From positions 1 through 64,000 of the forward strand of contig NMRA01000804.1 of NCBI GenBank assembly GCA_002633005.1: a DNA stretch of 64,000 nucleotides. Reading direction: 5' to 3'. The notes below the pieces were generated by a model, which saw only the letters and a list, made by a program, of their open reading frames with translations, made no database searches and had not been told where the DNA came from. Made by a program: the position numbers and the translations under genes. Shown here piece after piece: positions 11,682-23,600 of this stretch. Within the stretch, counting starts at the first letter, position 1, and every line of letters starts with the position of its first letter. Origin of the DNA: Phoronis australis. Its lineage: Eukaryota; Animalia; Phoronida.

Positions 11682-14600
11682 CTGTAAGAAACGAGAAAAA
11701 ACTGTCAATAAAATGGTTACACAAGTTTCACATTTACGTGACAAAAAATATAAATCACAACTTCTGGAACTTTCTGTGAAATAATCTTCCCGACAATGTG
11801 GACCAACCTGACTCCTTCTACTGACTGAATGCTTCCGTGAAAAATTTGTCCACCTCTGTCGGTGTTCCTATATACACAACAACTACAAGTCCCTGGAGCA
11901 TGGATCACACGACTTAAATGCATGGAAAATTGACTGATAGTGAATTCCAGAAATTGCGATTGATGATCTTTTCACATCTTGTTATTCACCAGAATGAATG
12001 ATATTGTTCAACGTCTAAGCTTTAGATATGAAACAATAGCAGTCGTCAGTTTAGAAGCAGGAACAAAAATTTGTTGAAGAGTGTTCACTGGCCTTTGTGG
12101 ACATCATTGGCCAAAAATGTGTCATCTGTATCCTTAAGTGGGTGACCACCTTAAGTGGGTGACCACCTTAAGTGGGTGACCACCTTAAGTGGGTGACCAA
12201 TGGTCATCAAACGGCGATACTGTACACTCAAGTCCCATCACACATTTACATTTAAACTCTGATACGCTGAAAACCCGTAAACTTGTGATTTTCTCTCTGT
12301 AGCACTGAATCTATGGAAAATATTGGCCTAATTGGGTCTACCTAAAAAGTTTTCCTGTAATAAAACATCCATTTTTACCCCAAGCGACGGTGCGTTTCTC
12401 TGGATGTTTATTACCACAATAACGCCTCAATTATCACAGCTGCAATCAGTATGAACAACTACTGAAGCAAAATGTACACTGCTGGTGAGCTTAAAACTCC
12501 ATAATCTGTCCAAATCATAAGATAACGCAAAATATACCCGACTTAACAAAGCCACTACCAGGCTGCATCACTAAAGGTCAAATAACCAGCCCTGACCTTA
12601 ATTTTGAATGCATTTTGAAGCCACAACGATGTAATGTCAAAGGTCATAAGTTCACAGTATATGCACATTAGTGAAGTGCAAAAAATTTTTATATCTCTTG
12701 ATGATTTCTAGGAAATAAGACTTGAATTCTTGACTTAGGATTCACTCAAGTTGTTGCTGTTCATAAACCATTAATAGCCGATCAACATCATCAACTTTTT
12801 CGTTTTCTGCTGATACCAATCTCCATAATTTACTTAAACGTGGTACATTTTACTTAAAGGTGATACATTTTACTTGAAGGTCATACATTTTACTTGAAGG
12901 TCATACATTGTACTTGAAGGTCGTACATTTTCCAATCACACTAACGGGACGATTTTCTTAACTATGAATTTAAACTTTGCCTTGAGCCTTTTCCTAGTCA
13001 AAAAATGTCCACTGACATCCTGCTCCCATTTACCCAAATTGTGAGCAATTAAGTGTTACCTGTCATAATCTCTCCACAGTTGGCTGTTAGAGATCTTCTG
13101 AACTTCTCGTATTGTAACCATACCAGCCGGCATGGATTCATGAAACATGTCACGTATTTGCCCAAACTCTTGCTGTTGCAACATAGAGAGAGTGGCACCT
13201 TCATCTCCATCATGGAACACAGGGTCAGGATAGCGTGATGTGAATGGAGCAGAGACAGTTGAGGCTGGAATGACCTGCTTGACTCTCGTGCTGACAGGCT
13301 CTGCACTGGTCAGTAAAGACGGACTGGTCAGTGAAGCTGAACTGGCCAGTAAAGATGGACTAGTCAGTGAAGGTTGACTGGTAAAAGAAGGTGGACTGGT
13401 CAGTGAAACCTGCTTCAGAGCACCAACAATGCTTGGCTGAAACACGTTAGACGATTCCCCTCTGCAACAGATATACATTCACTATAATAATTTGAAAACT
13501 ATAATTTGATCACAGAACTAAAGTTGGTCACCAAGTGTGAAGTTCACATGGATTGTTATAGATGTTCTGCATCCTTGCAAGACAGAAACTATTAACACAG
13601 CAACTTTATAATTACTAGTCGCATTTTCATCTTCAGTGCCACTTTGGATAAAAGATAATTCTAAAGTTGTGTTCAATTCTTGCTTAGTTAAAAAATAATT
13701 ATTTATGATCAACCGTGGCATCACAGAAGGAAAATCTATAATCACTTACTTTATACTAAATATATTTGTTCCCACTACCATGTTTGTACTTTGCCTCCAC
13801 CCCCACGTCACACAACAGCCAACCCCCACCCTTCAATGCCCCACCCCCAAACTATACGTTCAGTCTCATCATGCAAATGCATGTACCTTTTCACAGACAA
13901 CATACAACTTGAATGTTTGGCTAAGTTCAGGTATATATACACACACCGTGACCCCTTACTCGCTTTCCCACTCCATTGCTACACCGTCACACTCACCTTG
14001 CAAGCTCCTGTACCTCTTCAGGACTCACATACAGTGGTCGGCTGCGTATAGGCAGGCGTGTACCTGTCTCCTCGTGCAAGAAGTACATCTCCTCAAAGTT
14101 CACCTCATAGTGGTCGCCATCTGGTGAGCGGAACTTGTACTTTGCCTGACCCTCAGCATACTTCCTCTCCAACTCTTTCATAAAGGGACTACCTTCGTCT
14201 TCCTGTATTAATGACACTTGGGTAAGCGCACTATATATATATGTATATCATGGTTTATGTCCACACAGAACCTGGTTGAGTAGATAAAATTCACAACAGC
14301 ACCCCCTTTGAGATTATTTAGTAATCGTTGGTATTTCATACATACTTGACTATGTGCCAATTTATTTCTCAGAAATTGACCTATCACAAGCTCAATCCCA
14401 TGCAATAAGTCAACAAACAAACAATAAGTTTTACCCGATGTGTCTATTGTCTGGTAAAATGGCGGCTTGGAAACGAAGGTGTGTCAAGAATGCATCGTTC
14501 TGCTTCATCCGTTAACCCGTCACTCAAAATCCCAGCGATGATTCATTGGCTGTTCAGATTCTGATGAAACTTTAAGATATGATGCTGTTTTCTAAAACGC

Positions 14601-17600
14601 TTTTAAATTGCTTTTAAATGTTCTACTTTTGCATGTGGGGCTATAAAAAATTATAGGGATTTTATAATTCCCTAATCATATCAAACAAAATGAAATTTAA
14701 TTTCTCCACTTCTCAAACTAAAACGAGAACAACACACAAGGTTGAAATATGTCCATGACTTCAACGCGAACAATGTGTTTCTAGGTGTTTTTATTAGTAT
14801 CATAAAATGGCCACTAGATGGTGCAGAATACCTCAAAAGCATCCCAAAATGGGAAGATGTCGTAGCCTTTCGGCAAACAGAAAGCTACTTGCTATATTTC
14901 AAGCAAATCAGTACTTGATTACAGAGGCGAACATGAAAAAACAAATTTCCATTAGGAAAAAAGCGACAGTTCAAGAAGTCCATCTAATGGGAATACACTT
15001 TCCAGACTTCCAAAAGATCTTGCTTGGGGGCTTAAGGAGAACCGCAGATACAAAAACTTTCACCAGTGGGCAGCAGAGTGGTTGAATTTCCACAATGAGC
15101 CTCTTAACGGTTAGGCGAATACATAAGGAGATGACTCCAAAAATAACAAAACTGGCCACTAGGTGCATATCTTAAGAAATGAGCGTCTTCCTTGTTAGCG
15201 TATTATTCACAACAAGAAGCTAGAGAGGCAAACATAAAAACAAAAATTACAACAAAGGAGCACAGCGGTAGTCAGAACAATCCAAAAGTCTTAGGCAACC
15301 ATAGTCTCATTTATAGTACAACACTTGCAAAGTTTCACGAAGATCCTTCAAAGGAGATACAGAAGAGCATGTAAAAAAAGACAAAATCACCACCAGGGGG
15401 CAGCCATGGTCTTTCTATCAGGAACACATTTGTCAACTTTTTCAATGATCCTTTAAGTGACTCATTTGATAAAGAGGCAGATGCTAAAAACAAACTCGCA
15501 AAAATAAAAATGTCCACTAGGTGGTGGGAAAATACATCAGATCTGTACAAAAATGCAAGAGCAATGTCATCACCTTTACAGAAATCTATTTGCCAAATTT
15601 CAATCCAACAATCAACAGAGATATAGAGGCAAAATGAATGCAAGGAAAATAAAATTCCCACTAGGGGGCACAGCCGTAGTCGGATTATTGATCTGAAACA
15701 GGTCATAATCCGTCGTCAGTTGACAGGAACACATCAGCAAAATCTCACAGTGGGTTACGAAAACACAGCCATTGACTCAAAAATGCCACTAGGGGGCACC
15801 AAAGTAGTTAAACCTTTCCAAACATCAGTGTTATCTGTGGTCTTCTCATCAGAAACACATCTGCAGCCAAATGAATTTTTACAAAGAACTTTCGAGCAAA
15901 TTGGCTGATAGAGAGGCGGCTGCCAAAAACGGACTAGAAACTTTTAAAAATCACCACTAGGTGGCGCAGAAAATGTCATATTGTTAGAAGACAGGACAGC
16001 ATTATCGTTTCCTCAATAAAAAAACCTATTTGCCAAGTTTCATGAAAATCCAATAACAATGAACTCAGAAAATACACAAGAAAAAGTAAAAATATAAGGG
16101 ACACACCAGTCGTTGGATTGATCTAAACATGTCAGGGCAGACACATGCTAAACTATGTAGGGCATGCATACTAATAACCAAACGCATAACAATGGGAATG
16201 TCTCCTTATATTTGGGGACTATTTTAGTTTAGAGGTTATTTCCAGAATTTTAGAAAATCATGTTGTCAAAAGAAGAAACTTTAGTGTCCCTACATAGTAA
16301 AAATAGGTTTGATTTTAATCCAAAGTTTTGCAGATGATCTTGGCAAAGTAAAGAAAGATTTGAATATTTCTTTTAATTAACTCCCATTATCAAACCCATG
16401 ATACAAAATATGCTTTTGTTTTTATCAATTAAACACTGTTTAGGGGTTTATTCACACTAATTCCATTGCCACGCATGTGTTCTTAGAGACTCTCAACCTT
16501 TGACCTCTTCTACCAAGCAAAACAGATACGTTTGAAAACTTGGGATGACAGTGGGCCAAGTGCACCAATATTGCAAAAGATGATTTACAGTCACGACAAG
16601 GAACTTGGGGTTTATTAAACGTTTTTTGCAACAACATTAGTTGTATATGAAACAAATCAACAACTTCCTGTGCTGTCCATAGCTATTAGAAGATCAAGCT
16701 GAGCAGAGCTTCAGTTTTATGGACGATTCCACCAGCAGGGTGTTAACGTTTGTTACAGTGTGACACACTGACGACTCACACCTGCACCTGGCATGACCAA
16801 GTCTATATACTTCTGTATCAAGACATATTGAATGGGAAAGTGCTTCTATTAGCCACGATTGGGTGAATTTGAAAGGAACTTCACCAGATTTAAAAATTGG
16901 CACCAAAAGCAGCTTTTACCCTAGACAAGTACCAACCATCTGAGCTGAGCCTGCACGGCTGGAGTAGGGCCACCATACGCTGAAAGCTTTCCGGAAAATA
17001 TATGGCTCACAGTGACTAAGTCACCAACCTCATGTTGCTAGAAGTACCTTTGCAGGTAAACATTGTAACCACAATCAACATTTTTTAAAGTAGTCCTTCT
17101 CTCTGTCAAAGAAATGGAAGACTGAACGTCTTTGATGTGAATGTGCTCAGGGTGAAACAACGGAAACGTAGAGGATTATGGGAGATCCCCCATCTACTAG
17201 CCACGCGAGAGGCAGCAGCTCAGACAGGAACAAGATTGTCCACTTCTGTGCTAAACAATGCTTATCTAAGCCAAACTTGAGAGGACTGATAAGAGTTAGG
17301 TAAACACTGTTAGCTAAACAAGTTAGAAGAGGGTAGGACGAGCGCAGGAGAATTGAAAAACAGCACAAGATCAACAGCTGAAATTAAGTGGCGCAACAAA
17401 ATGTTGCAAAAAATGGAGAGGATCGTCATTAAAGGAAACAGCAGCAGCGTTTCTGAGATGTCACCTTGAACGCTTATATCCAATAAACTGTGGTATTGGT
17501 ATCGTTTTACTATGTACCTTGCTTTTTTGCAAAATTTTACTTCACGGACATAGCCACATGACCTAATATATGTCAGATTGGAAAAATGTTAAAAATCAAA

Positions 17601-20600
17601 TTCCACAGGATTAATTTATGCTTTCACAAAATATACACCTTGACTAAGTTAAACAAATTAACCAGGAATAATATACACCTTGACTAAGTTAAACAAATTA
17701 ACCAGGAATTTCTTAAAGATTGCATCACAAATATTACCATAGTGACCCTACGTCAAAGGTAAATAAAAGATTTAGATCTTATACTAAAACTTTGATACCA
17801 ACACGACATAAGTGTAACCTTACCCCTTTCCATTCGCCATTTGGCAATCCATAATACCAACGCCAACGGGTCGAAAAGGGCGAGTTATCTTTGTCTGGGT
17901 TGAAAGGAGGTGTTGACAAGTGACGGATTTCAAATACTTTTACTTCACCACTTCTTTTGTCACAACCAGTTAACTCCATGGAATCAAAGGCAATTTTACA
18001 ATCACCAAAGAAAGGAAGTGGTTCTCTAGAACACATTCAAACGGAAGAGTCAAACTTAGAGCAAGAAAGCAGAAAGTATCACATCATGGCGAATACATTT
18101 AGGGGCCAGTTAACTCACACCACAAGGTGTAACTGAACTCAAGGTAATTAGTTCCCGTATTCAGATCCTGAACCATTACGGAGATGAAGCGCGCTGGTGG
18201 GGAGGATATTCAGGCATGCATGACATCACTAATGGACATTAACAAAGTTGGATGGAGCAGAGCAGTTTCAGAAGAACAACAGTTCTTCACACAGCACGTA
18301 ACATCAAACAAAGAAACATGAATCCAGCTCAACATCCAAATTTAACAGCGGATTTGACTTATGACACATACATAACAATTAAAAAGATTTGAGTATTAAT
18401 TATCACAACCTATAACCAGGATACAGCAAACAATTAAGTCACCTTTGAGACTCGGACTTGACAGGGAAAGTCAGGTTCAGTTTGAGAATGGCTGGATCGC
18501 AGAACTTCTGCTCCAGAACACAGCACCAGTCTCCCTCAAACAGCTTCCAAATGCTCCTCTGATTCACTGTAGTCTTGTATTGCCAGTAGTACGGCAGTTC
18601 ACAATGATGGTTGTGACAGTCAAGGGCACTGGAGACAAGCAAGAGAAGGAGTACAATAGTGATGCTTGTGACAGTCAGAGGCAATGGAGACAAAAAAGGC
18701 AGTACATTAGGGATGGTTGAGGTGTGTGTACACAAGTGGGGTTTACGAAGGCATCCTGCTGGCAGACTTGGGGACGTTATCTGTTCATAACTGAGGTGGC
18801 TATGTAAGTATCATCAAGAGAAGACTGCACTTAAAGTCTTAGTAAAACAACTTTCCAGAGAACTTCACAAAATGTTCATACTCTGACCAGAAGATCGTAA
18901 AGCATTCTGACAAAGCTGTTTACATATTTTCTCTGTGATTCAAGAGCTTTCATTGTGTTGCACTCTACTAAACAGTCGAATCATTTAAACGTGCAGGTAT
19001 TTTAGTTAAAATCCATAAGCACATAATCCTAAAATATGGCATAGCATCCTTTTAAGCAGAACAAACAAACAAACAAACCAACAAACAGCAAATACACTCA
19101 CTAACACTTGTTACTCAGAAAATCCACACAGATGTCTCTGAAGTCATCATCATCATACACACGAACTTCACAGTTATCGTCATCAGAGTCTGTGCCCTGC
19201 CGTTTCATGAATGAAGAGAAGCCACTGTCAGTAGAAATGTTACGATGAAGTTGACTCGTTTTGACACCTTTGGATGAGACCTTATCTCGAGGAGAAGCAA
19301 AGTTGTTGTCAAGATTTGCAAGCATCGAGTCTGTCACATCTGGTTTAGACACCTCAGCCTTTTTCTTTTTCATCTTGTCTTCTTTGGTGGCTGGAAGTTT
19401 CTCCTCTTTCTCCAAAGGTGGTGCTGGTGATGCTGACATAGCCACTTCTTTAACAGATGTGTTAAGTGAAGACGATATTGGTAGAATGACATGTTTGACA
19501 ACTTTTATATCAACTTGGGCTAATCCAAACTTCTTCAAAACATTCATATTTGACTTGATGTTGAGGTCATGCCATTTGCCACATTTCACATTTGACTTGC
19601 AAGTGCCGTCTACATAACCCTGACAGACATGTAGCTTTCCACAAGCCTCAGAACACGAATCTTCGTTATAGGCGGTGCATAGGGCCGGAAAAGAATGCGC
19701 GACGACATACTTAAGATTAACTTTAGACATTCGGTCAAAGCCACGAGTACGGAGAAGCTTTCTTAGTTTGGCATCTTGAAAATCATGAGCTTTTGAACAA
19801 AGCTGATCATGCTCCCTATCTCCAATGTAGTCGCGACAAACATGCAAAAACTTGCAGGTATCGACAGAACAACCAACAGGTGAGTTGTAGTCTTTACACA
19901 ACCAGATAGGGAACTTCAAACAAATCTCCAGCTGTCTATCTGACAGGTAGCACACAAATTCATGAGTGTGATTAAGTAGCCAAGACTGAAAGTTGGATAA
20001 AGTGGTAAACAACTGCAGAACGGCATGGTCCTCAACCAGCACAGAATAGGAGCAGAAACCACCGTGAGACAGCAGCAGTTGCTTGATAGATGTCACTAGA
20101 GTTGCATCACTCTGTTCCTCCACCACTGGTTCCGACGTGACACTCTCTGCATCTGAATCACTGCCACTGCCCAGGACAGAACTCGACAGATTCTCCATGC
20201 TGACGCCAGGCTTCAGCTTCTTTCGGACTCGAGGCGTGCGCTTTGTCTTTTTTGCACTTGCACTGCTCAGTGGCATCTCCTGCTTCAAATCATGCATTGG
20301 CGAAGTACTATCCTCTGATTTCCATCTTACCAACACATTCACCCGCGTGTTTTCGTCTAAAGCGTCCTGGCTAAAACAGTACTCACTTCGCAGACGCATG
20401 CAGTTCTCATCATGATAACTGTGGTTCCTGCTACAGTTGGGCTCCCTACAAACACCCAAGACAAACCAGCGACAGATATGGGCATTCTGACAGTTGATCG
20501 ACTGTCTGCAACCAATAGGTTTATTGTAGTATCTGCAGACGGTGAGAAAACATTGCCTGATGTACTCTAACATTTCATCACTAGAGTTACTGATGATGGG

Positions 20601-23600
20601 CACCTTCCGTGCCTTCAAGACCTTCAGGTTTTGAGGACTGGTGAGCGTATGGCCTAGTTTGCAGGATTCAGTCTTGCATGAACCTCGCTCCAACCACATT
20701 TTGCAGATGTGTAGAAAACCACAGGTGGTGTTGCTACAGTTGCCATTGCTTTTGATGTAAGTAGGACACAGCTTCACTTGCCCCGGCTTCAAAGGTGGGT
20801 TACCATCAGAGGTGGATCTTAAATCTGAAAGTAGAGAGGGAGAGAGCGAAATAAAAATTTGTTAACTTACATAACAATTTGTGAATTTCAATAAAAAATT
20901 AACACAGTTGGACATACGTGTGTGTGTTTGTGTGGATTAAAGCCAGAAATAACTTACCTAAATGCAAAAGCATCCGATTGAGGACCACCGACTTATACAA
21001 ATAAAATAGAATGCAACGTAAAACTAACAAGGAATAGAAACATAACAGTAATTCCTATTTTTATGGCATACGATTAGAACACTGGCATAGGAAATCAGTA
21101 ATGTAAGTACTTCCATAAATAAACAAGTAAATAAAAGTGATCCCTTAGTAATTAAAGGTGTACTACATATTCGCAGACTACAACATGTCTATAAGTAGTA
21201 ACTCATGCATTTTAAGCTATGCATGTATGTGTGCAAAAAATAGCAGAGCTTCTATGGAATTTGTATATGGTTAATCATGGTGGACACTAAGTTGAAGATG
21301 GAGTAGCTTGAGTCAATTTCCTAGTGACTGCTCCTGAAATTCAATAGCGATTCAATACACTACAGCTAGAATTTCTCTTAAGTGCTGAAATTCAATCGCC
21401 ATTCAATACTTTCAATAACCATTCAATTGACTCACAATCAGGTTGGAGGGCAGTGCCAACTGAATTTTCATTCAATAGACATATTCAATAGAAATTCAAT
21501 TTTCTATTGTATCTCAATTAAATCTCAACTGAAACTCAACTTCTCCTTTTCGTATGGGGGATTCTAAGCTAACCCTAAACACTGGCCACCAGGACGCAGC
21601 TTACTTTACTCGGGCAACCCTTAATGTTGAGCCATGCAATGTTTGCACTTGTTCTATTGCTCTATCTGACATCCACTTACCCTGCACACTGTGGTACTTT
21701 CTGATTAAGCTAGACACTGGTGCACTCTGGGGCATCTCGTCAATGTCTCCAACAACAAGCACAGAGCCAAAGATGGTCTTTGTCGCTTTAGTCGTGTCAA
21801 TGTGATACTTGGCTAGAAGTGCCCTGATGTGGGGGTCAGCGAAATTATGGCACTTGCCACATGCCTTGGGCGACTGGCAGGTGCCCAAGGCAAACTTGGC
21901 ACAGACGTGGAGGCGAGAGCATGAGTGGTCGGCACAACCTTCCGGGCTAAAGTTGTAATTCCAGCATACCTGGCCAGAACAGAGAAAAGGATTGGTCTTT
22001 TCTAAGGAGTGTGGTTATTACATAAGTTCATGCCTAGCGTTTACACACGGAGGAAGGTCATGAAACAACAAGCTATCGTAACAAATGAGGAAATGTTTGA
22101 TAAATTCTCTAGTTATACATCTTTTGCCCACAATTCTATAGGAATCGGAGCACTTACTGAAGTGTCGTTTTATTTTGTTGCTTTAGATAATTCGAAGTAC
22201 TGCTTCTAATATGATTTATTTTTCATTTAATGATGTCTCTTGGGGAGCTTAACTCCACAGATGAGATACGCACTCAAGGATGTATTTTTAGACAATAAGA
22301 GAAATGCAGAAAAATTAATCAAACAACGAAAGTCTTATTGTTTTTAACGAACTCTAAACCAGAGTATATGCACTACAGTATGCGAAAACACCTTCAAAAT
22401 TGTGAACGTAACTTCAATAGACAACAATGTTAACATACCTTCAACAGACTGTCTCGGATACAGTCAAGCAGGTGCTCATTGTCGGTGATGGGAACCTTGC
22501 AATGACGCAGTACTTTAATGTTGTGCTCCGTCAGAAAGTTGTGGCACATCGAACAGTGTGGTGGGCAGCGTCTTCCACTCAGCCATGTCTTACACACGTG
22601 CAGGTAAAAACAATCGGGTTAACACAGTTTCCGTTCGACAGATGGTACTGTAGACACAGCTTGGCTTGACTAGGCTGTAGTTGCACATCTGGGAAAAGCA
22701 GGCTCTTTGGCTTCTCTAATGAAAAAGCAGTCAGCATATTAAAGCATTGTCAATCATCAGGGACAATTATGTGTTCTCATAGCCGATACATGTAGATTCG
22801 ATATTTCAAAAAGCTGCGCCCTCTGGTGCAATTCTTGGGAAAGACCGGAGTTGCATTCATGGATGTTTAATGGTGGCTTGTTAGCGTACTTGATGGGAGA
22901 TGCTGGAGCATTTACTTGTGTGCCTGGATATGACTTTACAACAAACAACTAAAAAAGTGCATACAGATCTGAAGCACTATTATAGTGAAAAATATAACAG
23001 TTACTTTGTTTTTTATTAAACTGCTTGTCAGCAAGTTGGAACGACATCCAGATCAAGGCATGATTTAATAGAAGACATTTGATTCAGTGATGGGGTCTAA
23101 CGCTTGCAACATTTTTGTTTGGCTGATTTTCTAAGTGAAAAACATCACTCAACCGCCTGGAGAAAATCAGTTTAAAGATTTAGCAGCATATCTACAAAAT
23201 TTTTGTGAAGGTGTGAAAATATATAGTGAAAAGGGATAGTACACTAAGTATATGTCTTGCAACAAGTTTGACGCCCTTCGTGCTTGCAATTCTAATGCAG
23301 TCTACGTTTGAGCTCGATCTGCGTGACGGTGCACGCTTCAAAAGGCTTGACAGCCTCTTCCATGTCTACTTCTGTCAAATTTTCTGTTTATGAGCCGAAA
23401 CTTGGTTACTCTGGTCAATCCCCGTTTGCAAAGCTACAACTACTTCTTGACTATGTGCACTATGTTTCAGCATATGGGATATTGCCTATTGAATTCAGAA
23501 GTCTATATATTGCTTATTGAATTCAGAAGTCTAAACTGACTTAGCTATCGCCAGGCTGATTGGGTGAAGACTTCATTGACAAATCAGAACGCAGCATTCA

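Noticed and set aside
13705-14127. Plus-strand ORFs antisense to PARP-like exons (also 18445-18720, 19261-19617, 20083-20415)
   Set aside because: Shadow ORFs opposite real exons, with no domain similarity or splice support.
19101-20792. Stand-alone 563-aa zinc-finger gene
   Set aside because: Starts at TTG, has an upstream acceptor at 20825, and its stop overlaps a GTGAGT donor; it is an internal exon.
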